From: Priapulus caudatus
Taxonomy: Eukaryota
NCBI RefSeq assembly: GCF_000485595.1
Contig: NW_014577081.1
Span: 258,163 to 322,162 of the forward strand
Reading direction: 5' to 3'
Length of the DNA: 64,000 nucleotides
Shown: positions 22,908 to 35,400 of the stretch, piece by piece
How positions within the stretch are numbered: the stretch's first letter is position 1
Layout of the letters: each line of letters opens with the position of its first letter
The notes under the pieces: model-generated
What the model saw: only the letters and a program-made list of their open reading frames with translations
Told to the model about the DNA's origin: nothing
Database searches by the model: none
Made by a program: the position numbers and the translations under genes

Positions 22908-24290
22908 CCAGTACATAACCTGGCTACGTTACTGTTTTAGCGCAAGCGCAATGTCTCACCACAAGAGCTATATTTTGTGATAAAAATGCATTTAGTATGG
23001 TCAGGGGGTATCTCACCATAGGTTTCCGTAATCAATTCTTATCCGTAGACCTGTGTTTATAGTTAGAAGAGCGCCCTAGCCTGTATAACGCAAGACTCCT
23101 ACTTTATCCCCGCCCGCCCTTCCTTTTGTCTCCATTGTCGCACACTCAGCCTCCTTCTCCTTCCACCGCCCCTCGACTGTCTTCCCTGCCACCTTTCCTG
23201 CGTTTCCCTCCCCTCTCTTCCTCAGCAAGCTATATTACGTACTTTTATTTAGGCCGTACTATAAGCCAGAAACGGTGCTCGCGCATGCGCAATATCTCCC
23301 GAGAAGAAGAATATTTTGCAAACATTATGAATTAAAAATGAAGAGGGGTTATCCTAACATAGATTTATATAATAAAATGTCATCAGTAGACCTCACTTCA
23401 GACATAGGAAGCAGACCTTGCATGTAAGGTCCCCACTGCATATACCAGTTAGTACATAACCTGGCTACGTTACTGTTTTAGCGCATGCGCAATATCTCAC
23501 CAGAAGAGCTATATTTTGTAATGAAAATGCATTTAGTATGGTTAGGGGGTATCGCAGCATAGGTTTCTGAAATAAATTCTTATCCGTCGACCTGTGTTTA
23601 TAATTAGGAGAGCGCCCTAGCCTGTTGGAGCAAAACTCCTACTTCAGCCCCGCCCGCCCTTTCCTTTGTCTTCGTTGTCGCACGCTCAGCTTCCTCCTTC
23701 TTCCACCGCCCCTCAGCTGTCTTCCCTGCTGCCTTCCTTCAGTTTCCCACCTCTTTCCCCCTCAGCACGATATTTTAGTACTTTTATTTAGGCCGTACTG
23801 CACGACTGAAACTGCGCTCGCGTATGCGCAATATCTTCCGAGAAGAAGAATATTGTGCAAAAATTATGAATTCAAAATGAAGAGGGGTTATCCTATCATA
23901 AATATATATGAGAAAATGTTATCAGTAGACCTTACTTTAGAAATAGGAAGCAGACCTTGCATGTAAGGTCCCCACTGCATATATCAGTCAGTACATAACA
24001 TGGCTACGTTACTGTTTTAGCGCATGCGCAATATCTCACGAAAATAGCTATCTTTTGTGATGAAAATGCATTTAATATGGTCAGCGGGTATCTCAGCATA
24101 GGTTTCTGTAATAAATTCTTATCTGTCGACCTGTGTTTATAATTAGGAGAGCGCCCTAGCTTGTATGGTGCAAAACTCCTACTTCATTCCCACCCGCCCT
24201 TTCCCTTGTCTTCGTTGCCGCACGCTCAGCCTCCTCCTTCTTCTACCGCCACTCAGCTCTCTTTCCTGCCGCCTTCCTTCAGTCTCAATT
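22908..24290 (+). repeat. 540-bp tandem repeat (about 2.5 units)
   Basis: agtacataacctggctacgttactgttttagcgca at ~22910, ~23451 and ~23990. Inverted noisy copies at 32405-34200 and a clean copy at 38090-38670. Confidence 0.93.
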
Positions 24291-24900
24291 TTTCTTTCAA
24301 CCAAGTGGTCACCAACTGAGTGCTTTATTTCCCGGGCAATGTCGCGTATCTTGCTAATTAAGAATATAAAGAAGCAATATGTTTAGAAAATTAACTAAAG
24401 ATGGGAATGGGTTAGAGAATTTTCTAAACACTGCGTATTTAAATTCGTGAGAAATTGAACTATTTTAGCATAGTACATTTCAAAATAGATATGGTAATTT
24501 GGAAAAAAATTGTAAATATTGTAAAGTAATTGTATAATAATAAAATCCTGATAAATATTACTCTTGTAGTGTAGTAACAGTAAATGTCAAAGATTATTAT
24601 ATCCGTCGTGCTCGGTGTCATTTGCATATGCGCGTACATTTGTCTCTGCTTGCGTAAAGCAATTTAAAATGACTTCACTTGCGGCTATTGGGGAAATATG
24701 GAATACGGCGTTGCCTGATACGTGGCCACGCCATTTCAATTATTAGAATGATGGACATATTACGATACAAACGATATGAATTAACTAACATTTCTTTATC
24801 TTCAATTTCTTATATATTTAGCGCAGTATGTCCTGCATAAATAATAAAGAACAATGGGGCAGAACTGAGTGCCGATTGATGAAAGTAAGGATACGCGTCG

Positions 24901-25261
24901 TGTAGCAGAGTCGTGATACCTGTTGTATCGTAGGGCTGCGGGCTAATTAGGGCTTTGCGACGAATTGTCTAAACTTCTAACCCTAGCAAGTTATTGTTGT
25001 TATTTTAATGTAACCCACCGCGCGCACCCTAACCCCATAGACCCACGGACGAAAGATCAGAAAGTGTTACCTACCCAGGAGACGTACGTACGGACTTTCC
25101 TATCAAGATGTAGCGGAGCAAGTCGAGACACGGGGCCTATAGGCTGGGGTGCCTAGGTCGCCGTAGTGTATATATATTTGTATCGTGTTTACTAATAAAG
25201 TCAGTCTCAACAACAAATTCTGCGACTGCATCATCTTTACTCGTTGCTACAATCTGCTACA
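24901..25261 (+). mobile_element. Possible solo LTR
   Basis: tgtagcaga...tctgctaca inverted termini (TG..CA) with aataaa ~65 bp before the end; no clear TSD or PBS. Confidence 0.3.
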
Positions 25262-25829
25262 GGTTGCTAACTCGACGGATGCCGGATCGGAGAAAACAAC
25301 AACATTTCCCAGTACAATATACCTATAATAGTGATAGGTAGATGCGTCAGAGTAATGATTTAAAGTACTCACCGGTAGAAGGACAAGAGTCGTGCGTTAC
25401 CAACAGATCAGAGGTTCGACAACAGTCGTCGCACGAACTGTTGTCTGTGTATATTACCGGCACGCCCGCCCGCCCGTGACGCCGTAACACTGTCAAATAC
25501 AATGTCACGCGACATGTAAAAAAGAGACATTTTTGTTCGTTGCTCCCTGTTTTTCGTTCACTGCTCCCAAGATATGTGACTGTTCAGTGGCGGATCCAAG
25601 ACTCTAAGGAGGGGGGGGTGAAAACAGGCGGGGGTATGGGGGTCCTCCTCCAGAAAATGAGTATGCCGGAGTATCAAGTACCCCGGAGATGGTATTTGAG
25701 GCACTTTTGAGTACATGTCGCGCGACATGTAAAAAGGAGACATTTTTGTTCGTTGCTCCCTGTTTTTCGTTCACTGCTCCCAAGATGTGTGACTGTTCAG
25801 TGGCGGATCCAAGACTCTAAGGAGGGGGG

Positions 25830-27990
25830 GAATCTATATTTGGTTGGGCAGTCTCTATGTGAAATTTTGAAAGTCAATTCCTGAGATACCCATGCAGTCG
25901 TGACCGTTACAGAACCGGTGTGGCAACAGCTGGGCATAAATCTGCGCCTTGAGTACTCACGTACGCTGCCTCATCCAGGTCTACTGGTCCGGGGACCAGG
26001 GTGACTGCCAGAACGTACCTGGGTACGTCCCGGTATAAATAACCCAGAACGTCTATACCAGAACGTAACCACATGACACTATAATTTAGAATAATGGTTA
26101 GGGTTGGAATTAAGGGTTAGGAGTTAGAGAATCAGGTTTAGGCTTAAAAACTCAACCCGCGGTTGGGTTCGGGTAGGGGTTAGGGAGTATGCATGCGTAG
26201 GCGAGTGCCCTAGACTCGTTAGTGGAGGTAGGCTATAGGTACGGGTCCGGCATATTGATATAAGTACCAGGTGTAGTTCGCGCGTATATCCGGACCGAGT
26301 ACCCAGGGTACTTCCGGCAGTATACCGCCCCGGGGGACATATATATAGACCCTATCAGCACTAGTAGTAGTAGTAGTACTAGTAGTAATACTAGTAATAG
26401 TAGTACTAGTACTAGTACTACTAGTAATAGTACTAGTACTACTAGTAGTAGTACTAGTACTGGTAACTAGTACTAGTAGTAGTAATTAGTAGTACTAGTA
26501 CCGAAACGGTAGGGGCGGATGCCAGAGGGGGTTTTGGGTGACGGCTCAGCTTTCCATAGTTTCTAGTCACAGCTGGGCGGGTGAAGTTTTTTAGAAAAAT
26601 GAGGCTATAATTCTCGTGCACTCTAGCTGATTCTTGAAAGTCCATTCTGAAGACTACTCCCAGTCTGTGACCGGCCGGTTTCTGACAAAGCGGTCGCAAC
26701 CTGGCCTATAATGCTGCGGCCTGAGTATAGTATGCCTCAAGCGCTCTATGTCCAGCGGTACTGCCGGAACCGTACCCCTGGCTACGGTCCGGTATACAGA
26801 ACGCTATCACCAGAACGCTACCCTGTCGCACCCTATTTGCATATGGTTAGGCGTTGATTCAGGGCTTACGGGTTAGCATAGGTTCTAGGGTTAGGTTCGG
26901 GTCTACCCCCGGGCTTACCCGCGATTGCCACTCGCGTAGCGCCCCGACCTCCTAGACCCCTCGTTCCAGTCCGGACGTACGGCCCCTTACCCTACGTCAC
27001 CGCCGGTCCTGGCATTGATGTATGTACGCCGGGTACGTTCGCGGTATAGCCGGACCGTACCCAGGGTACGTTCCGGCAGTATACCCCGGGGGACATATAT
27101 ATAGACCCTATCAGCACTAGTAGTAGTACTAGTACTAGTAGTACTAGTAGTAGTACTAGTAGTAGTACTAGTACTACTAGTAATAGTACTAGTACTACTA
27201 GTAGTAGTACTAGTACTGGTACTAGTACTAGTAGTAGTATATAGTAGTACTAGTACCAGGGGCGGATCCAGAGGGTTGGTGACAGTTCCATAGTTTCTAA
27301 TGCACCAGCTCAGGGCGGGCTGCCAACTTTCTTCAGACAAATGAGGGCCTCATCACGGTTTTGGTGCAGGCCTAGTGAATTTTTGAATAGTCAATTCTGA
27401 AGATACCCAGTCTGTGACCGGTTTCTGGAAACCGGTGCAAACTGGCCTAAATCTGCGCCTGAGTACTAGTAGTGCTCATAGGGTCTATGTCCCCCAGGGT
27501 ACTGCCGGAACGTACCCTGGGTACGGTCCGGTATACCAGAACGTATACCAGAACGTACCCTGGTCACTATTTGATATGGTTAGGGTTTGGATTAGGGTTA
27601 GGGTTAGGATTAGGTTTAGGTTAGGGTTTCGGTCGTTACGGGTTCAGGGAGTATGCCCATGCGTTAGGCGAGTCGCTAGACTCGCTCACTGGGAGTAGGT
27701 CTATCGATGGTACGGTTCCCGGCAATTGACTATAGTACCAGGGTACGTTCCGGTATACGCGAACGCCATACCAACAGGGTACGATTCCGAGGACAAGTAC
27801 CTGACACAGGGGAGAGAACAATAGAGAACACCTATACAGAACAGCACACATAAGTAAGTAGATAACTATGCTAGTAGTACTGACTTAGCAGTATAATACT
27901 AGTACTACTAATAATCGTTACTAGTACTAATAGTAGTTAGTACTAAGTACTTGGTAGTAGTATGTAGTGGTGGTGCGTAGTGGTGGTGCT
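25830..27990 (+). repeat. Second array (about 3 units) of the ~700-bp MITE satellite
   Basis: MITE ends at 26359, 27115 and ~27845; it leaves through the same flank (..ggtagcagcagcagctaattt..) as the first array. Confidence 0.9.
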
Positions 27991-30149
27991 GGTGCGGTAG
28001 CGAGCAGCAGCTAATTTATTGGTCTATTCTGCTAGCAGTAAGTATATTATAGCCTATAGGCCTATACATAATACAGTATCGTATTAATTTAGGTTTACAT
28101 ATTAGGGTTTAGGATTAGGAGTATTGAGAAAATCACTAATACCTGTTAGAAAAGAAAAATGCACAGCCTAATAATATTTAGCAAGGTATAAGGTATTTAA
28201 CTTGTATACTATCTACTTTTAATAAAAGAAATTACCTGTTTTGGCATAGTGATTTGTGTACAGATCACTGCATGCGGGTTTAGACTCCAAGTCCACTGCC
28301 ATCTAACGAGTCTTTTGGGCATTGCCTGCGTCTTTTTTGAATTTAAAGTTTAATTAAAGTAAATATCGCTATATTTCTTAAAGTAACGCTATATAGATAC
28401 TATAACAAAGACGAGATCGTTAATAAAAAATATTTTGGTCCTAAATTTGGTCCTATATTTTGGTGTACGTAGCTATCGCCAACGTAAGCCTCGATGTATT
28501 CCAATATATACAGATCGGCAGCCAGTTGGCACCAAATAAGAAATGCTTGAACCATCAAACCCGAAATTGTAAATTGAATATACACTCTAATGATGTAGAT
28601 AGTTTACTAAAATTCTTCTCTAGAGAAATCCAGCCTGTAAGCGCATTAGTGAATTGCAAGTGTGCGGTCATTGACCGCCATTGTTTAGCGATATAATATG
28701 AGCCTATATTCTACAATACACAGTGTATTGTTAGATAACGTATCTCAACAATACACAGTGAATATATGTTGAAAAGCAATCTGCTAAACAATACAACAGT
28801 GTATTGTTCGATACAATACACGTGTATTGTTAGTTACCAGATTATCTGGCATTAATAGAACTTTGTCCTGCTCTTTTAAGACCCCCCCCTCCCCCCCAAA
28901 AACAAAGTGCGCTTACCACGGTCGGCAGGCGGGACGCCCACCGAAAACAAACTCCCACAAAACCTCTCGGGCCCGGCCGTCCGTCGCTTCCGGCTCGCCT
29001 CGCTGGGGGCTGCGTGTTCCTCAAAAATAGTCCACACTTCACTATTAGAGCAAACAGACATGTATCGACAGCCAAAAAAAAACTTGAGACGAGAACAAAA
29101 AGACTAATAAAAAAATATAACAGAGACACAATGAAAATCAAATAAATTCTCTGAGCGTACAGTATGGCTAAAATCCACTGTCCACACTCACGACTCGACG
29201 TGTATCCAATCCGATTAAGGGATGCTAACCTGTATCAAACTAGGAGAAAAATTATAACTGAATGTATGTCATGACGTGTGAGCAAGACCAGTCGCAGAGT
29301 GGGGTTCCACGCCATCCCACAATAGCTATCCGTCAACGTCTAGAAATTCGTACGATTCGATATAAATTTGCGTCTTTAGTAAAACCTTGGTAGGGGCATC
29401 GCCCGGGCCACTCAATCTGGCTCTGCAGCGTGTTCGCCCCGGGTCGTAACGCGCTAGCATGTCCTATACCTTTCGCCTCGAGACGAAGTTGATATGCTAA
29501 GCTCTTGAGATTCCCTTGTGATGCAAGTCATGTTTTAGGTGGTCAGGGCACGGGGAGTCGACGAATGATAGAGCCGACACGTGCACCGGGGGGGGGGGGG
29601 GGCCGGAGGGGCCGAGGGGTTTCGCTGTCATGAGCAAGCCGAGTGGAAATACACGTGAATCACGGATGTCTAGTGGCATCAGACCTGGGAGATGCTGAGA
29701 AACAACAGCGATAGGAATGCGGAATATAAGAGAGCAGAGCCGTTTGAACAGATTTACGTTAACAATTAAAGCATAAACAGAATACAATAGTATAAAAAAT
29801 ATTAAAAGTAATTCATTAAGCATATATATTCCGTACATCACAATCCCGGGAGGAGTATGGCAGAGGAGGGTAGATAGATAAGGATGTTTTCGGTGATTAT
29901 GCTAGCGTGTCTGATTATATATTATTATGTATTATATATTATATATATATATTATATTATATAGTTATATATATATATATATATATATGTATAATACAGT
30001 AATATAGTCGAGAAGTAGATAGGGAGTGGAGAGAGAGACGAGGGGGTGCGGCGTGCGCGGATGCGTAGCTGCGTGAGTGGATCTGAGTGGTGGTAGTTAC
30101 GTAGGTAGGGGGGGAGTGGGCTATTAACTCTACTTTAATATACCTACCG

Positions 30150-31890
30150 TACTCGAATGAGTGAAGATCAGAACTGTAAATCACATCAAGAGCTAATACA
30201 TCAACACAATTTGCTCATTAGTGTAGCTCCTGATATAATGTACCCTTGCCATGCCGAGTACCGCGGGATTAAGAGAAATTGTGCGAGGTTCAGAGGTCTC
30301 CTCTCCACAAATATGCCAACATGTACCAATACTGCTTTAGAGGTGGCCTCGAGCAGGCGATGTTGTCGTGCACGAGATGGGTTATGGAAACTGTGTCTAG
30401 GGGGTCCTCGAGTTGTGAGTGAGTTTGAGGAAGATGTTAAAGAGTGTGGGAAACAAGGGCGTTAGGGGTTGATTGATGTCGTAATGTCTAATCGTGCTGT
30501 GTACCCGGAAACGTGGGCTTCTGTACAGTATAGGCCTATCTAGCTGTACCGAACCTATAATAATCTGTAACTGATCACGTCGGCCTAGAAGAGCAGTCAT
30601 ACACCATGCTGCGACGATAGTCGTGTGTCCTTAACGAACGACATTTATAGTCAGACATAATTTGTGGGGATATCCAGAAGAAACTGGATTACTAGATGAA
30701 GCGTCGACAGAAGGAGGTCGACTGACTGATGACTTCGACGAAGACTGATATAGGCCTACTGACCGCTGAGCGCCGGATCTGCGCGGCATTCCGCGGCCGC
30801 GGCAAGCCGCCAGCGCGGGACGGGAGGTGAGAGTGGGCTGAGAGTTGAGAGCAGATGTACATAATCCTCCACAAGCGATAGTATATGTAATCATTAACAC
30901 TAAGTGGCAGCACTAGTGAAAATGATGATAGTAAGCAACTATATCATTATATATAAAGTGAATGATAGAATCTAATATAATAATAATGAATAGATGTTAT
31001 CTATAATATGATATAAGTATAGAGTGTTATGATGTAAGATATATGTATACAATTACACATCAGGTGGGGGGGCCGCCGTAACATCTTGCGTTCCAACTGC
31101 TACCCCACCCACACCAATCACAAGTACAAAAACAAAGCATGTAGTAGTCAAAATGAACAGATAAGTGAAACACTGGGTTTAAGATCATAGGTTTCACACA
31201 AGAAAATGAAACTGCACGAGTTTAGACACCAAAGTGGAGATAGTATAAGGGGTGGCCAAAAGGGGCCATAGGCCCCCTGTTGATCGAATGAAATTAAGTA
31301 CCAAAATAGAAAGGCTGTACAAAAATGCCCAGTATATACAAATACCAATCATACCGGTAACTGAAATACATACGGCAATAACTCATTTATTCTGAAGTGG
31401 AGGACCCCATACCCCCCGCGCTGTTTCACACCCCCTCCCCCTCCTTGGAATCCTGGATCCGCCACTGAACAGTCATCGCATCTTGGAGCAGTAAATCAGA
31501 AAAAACAAGGAGCAAACGAACAAAAAATAGTCTCCTTTATTACATGTCAGGGTGACATGTACTCAAAAGTGCCATCAAAACCATCTCCAGGGGTAGCTTG
31601 ATACTCCGCGCATACTCATTTTCTGGAGGAGGACCTGCCAAATACGCTCCCGCCTGTTTTCACCGCCCTCCCCCTTCCTTAGAATGCTTGGAATCCGCCC
31701 ACTGTTAATCAGTCCACATCTATCTTGGAGCGTAAACCCGAAAAACAAGGAGCAACAGAACAAAATGTCTCCTTTTTACATGCGCGTGACATGTAGTCAA
31801 AGTGCGCTCAAATACCAATCTCCGGGTAATTGATACTCCGGCATACCATTTTCTGGAAGGAGGACCCTCATACCCCCGCCTGTTTTCACG
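30150..31890 (-). repeat. Noisy inverted copy of 13166-14440
   Basis: For example gatccgccactgaacagtc and taggcctactgaccgctgagc are reverse complements of 13335-13355 and 13909-13930. Confidence 0.88.
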
Positions 31891-32404
31891 NNNNNNNNNN
31901 NNNNNNNNNNNNNNNNNNNNNNNNNNNNNNNNNNNNNNNNNNNNNNNNNNNNNNNNNNNNNNNNNNNNNNNNNNNNNNNNNNNNNNNNNNNNNNNNNNNN
32001 NNNNNNNNNNNNNNNNNNNNNNNNNNNNNNNNNNNNNNNNNNNNNNNNNNNNNNNNNNNNNNNNNNNNNNNNNNNNNNNNNNNNNNNNNNNNNNNNNNNN
32101 NNNNNNNNNNNNNNNNNNNNNNNNNNNNNNNNNNNNNNNNNNNNNNNNNNNNNNNNNNNNNNNNNNNNNNNNNNNNNNNNNNNNNNNNNNNNNNNNNNNN
32201 NNNNNNNNNNNNNNNNNNNNNNNNNNNNNNNNNNNNNNNNNNNNNNNNNNNNNNNNNNNNNNNNNNNNNNNNNNNNNNNNNNNNNNNNNNNNNNNNNNNN
32301 NNNNNNNNNNNNNNNNNNNNNNNNNNNNNNNNNNNNNNNNNNNNNNNNNNNNNNNNNNNNNNNNNNNNNNNNNNNNNNNNNNNNNNNNNNNNNNNNNNNN
32401 NNNN
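31891..32404. other. Assembly gap (514 N)
   Basis: N run. Other gaps: 13156-13165, 14533-14557 (25 N), 42279-42288 and 44465-44489 (25 N). Confidence 1.
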
Positions 32405-35400
32405 GGCTAGGGCCGCTTCTCCTAACTATAAACACCAGGTCTACGGATAAAATTATTACAGAAACATGCTGAGATACCCCTGACCATACTCAATGCAATT
32501 TCTCACAAAATACTACTCCTCTGGACATATTGCGATCCGCCAAAACAGTAACGTACCAGCTTTATTACATGTTGTATATGCAGCGGGGACTTTATGCAAC
32601 ATCTGCTTTCTATTTTTGAAATGATGTCTACTATAAAAATTTTCTCATAAAATATATGATAGGATAACGCCTCTTCTATTTAAATTCATAATTGTTTGAG
32701 AAATTCTTCTCTGTCTCCGAAGATATTGCGTCGATGCGTGGAGGCCGTTTCAGTTCGCTGCAGTATACGGCTGAACAAAAGTACGTAATGAAATGGCAAG
32801 GGGGGAGGTGGCGACTCGACAGTAAGCGCCAGAAAGAGAGCGTGAAGTGGCGTAGAAGAAGAGGGGCTGACGCCTGCGGCAACGAAGACAAGGAAAGTCG
32901 GCTGCGGAGATGGACAGTAGGAGTTTGGCACCATACAATCTAGGCCGCTCTCCTAATTAACAAACAGTCGACGAGATAAGAAGTTAGTATTACAGAAACT
33001 ATGCTGAGATAACCCGCCTGACCATACTTAAATGGCATTTTCATCACAAAGATAGCTATTTCGTACGATTATTCGCTCGCTAAAACATAACGTAGCCAGG
33101 GTTATGTACTGACTGATATTTGCAGTGGGGACCTACAATGCAAGCGTCTGCTTCTATTTCTAAGTAAGTCTAGCTGATAACATTTTCTATAATATTATCG
33201 ATAGGATAACACCTCTTCATTTGAATTCATAATTTTTGCGCACAATATCCTTCTTCTTCGAAGATATTGCGCATAACGCGACGGCAAGTTTCATCGTGCA
33301 GTACGGCCTAAATAAAAACAAAATATCGCTGCTGAAGGGAAGAGGTGGGAAACTGAGGAAGGCAGCAGCGGAAGACAGCTGAGGGGCGGTGGGCAAGAAG
33401 AGGAAGCTGACCGTCGACAACGAAGCAAGGGGAAAGGGCGGGCGGGGCTCAATGGAGTTTTGCTCAAACAGCTAGCCGGCGCTCTTGCTAATTATAAACA
33501 CAGCGTCGACGGACATAAGATTATTTCAGAAACCTATTGCTGCGATACCCCCTAACCATACTAAATGCATTTCTCATTACAAAATATAGTCCTTCTGGTC
33601 GAGATGTTGCGCATGCGCTAAAACAGCTAACGTAGGCCAGCGTTAGTACTAACTGGTATATGCAGTGAGGGACTTACATGCAGGTCTGCTTCCTATGTCT
33701 TGAATTTGAGGTCTAATGATGACATTTTTATTATATAAATCTATGTTAGCGATTCCTCTTCATTTTAATATCATATAGTTGCAAAGTATTCTTCTTCTCG
33801 GGAGATATGCGCATGCGCCGAGCACCGTTTCTAGGCTGTATAGTACGGCCCTAAATAAAAGTAGAGTATATTAGCTTGCCTGAGCGAAGAGAGGGGAGGC
33901 GAAACGCAGGAAGGTGCAGGCAAGACAGTTCGAGGGCGGATGGAAGGAGAAGGCAGGCTGAGTGTGCGACAATGGAACAAAAAAGGAATGGGCGGGCGCG
34001 GGATAAAGTAGGAGTCTTGCCGTTATACAGGCTAAGGCGCTCTTTCTAACTATAACACAGGCTTACGGATAAGAATGATACGGAAACTATGGTGAGATAC
34101 CCCTGACCATATAAATGCATTTTTATCACAAAACTATAGCTCTATGTGGTGAGAAAATCGCTGCGTAAAACCGAGTAACGAGCCAGGTTATGTACTGGTT
34201 GATTGATTGGTACACGCATCCAATGGCGTCAACAGGCGGGTCAGTGGGGACATGCCCCCGCCCTTTTTAAAAGTGGGGGACGTCATATCATTTCCCCCTT
34301 CACTTTGTTGGATCAAGAACATGAACTTTAAAAAGCACTTCCTTCTTCTTGCTGTCTGCGTGTTGATTGCTTCAACCCTATGGGAACATACTTATTTCCA
34401 CCCCATACGATAATTTCTTACCCACCTGTGTACAATTCCAAATCCGGCGCGCAACGCTGCCATTCCGCGGCGTAGGGTCCTACATATGTATTTTACGTTG
34501 CCGGCGAGCGGGCCGAGGTTAAGGTTTGCGACGATAGATCAGTACTCATAGGCCGCACTTGAAAGTGTTGTCGCGGATCAAAGTTTTTTTTTAAATGAGA
34601 GAAATTCTCTGAAAAGGTGTATGCGCCTTAAAGATATGAATGAAAAATGGGGTGGAAAATGCCTCAGATCACACCACAGAGAATTCTGTATTTTCTGATA
34701 ACTACTAATTTTATCGCATCATAAACTTTGCCTGCATTTTTACATTTACAATGATTAAACGTCTGTTTTAAGACCCCCCCCCCAAAAAAAGTCACTTACA
34801 TCGGGGGGCGGACGCCTCTCACCCGGCTCGGTCGCTGGCCCTCCCTCAGCTCTGCTCCCCTCAAATGTCCCTTCACTTGTTGAGAAGCTGTTGACGCCCT
34901 TGAGCGCTACTATAGAGGCGCCGATGAATCTAAACTCTGGCGTAGTACAGCGTAAAATACAACTTCCACACTCACCACCGTCGACGGATTGTATCCATCC
35001 GTTTGCGGCTGCTACCTGTAGTCAACTAGAGAGAAATATACTGTGGTGTCTGCGTGTGCAAGAAGTCGCATGTTTCAGATAAATAGCATTCGGTCAACGT
35101 CTGACAATTCGTCGTTCGTAGCGATCTTTGAGTAAAACCTTTAGGGGCACGCCCCCGGCATCATCTAGGCCGCAGCGTGTGCGCGCCCAGGGGTCGTACG
35201 CGCTACATGGTCTAACCCTTCGCCCTCGAGCGAACCGTGAATGCTTAAGCTCTGAATTACCCTTGTGATAAGTCATGTTTCATGTCACGCACATCACAGT
35301 ATTAAGGCCACACATCACGCCCACAGTTTCCTTCATACAACCGGTGGGAATCAAACGTGATCGACGGATGCTGTGCATCGACCTGGGAGCTTGAGACACG

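Noticed and set aside
31797..32450. ~200-aa ORFs
   Set aside because: They consist of the 514-N gap.
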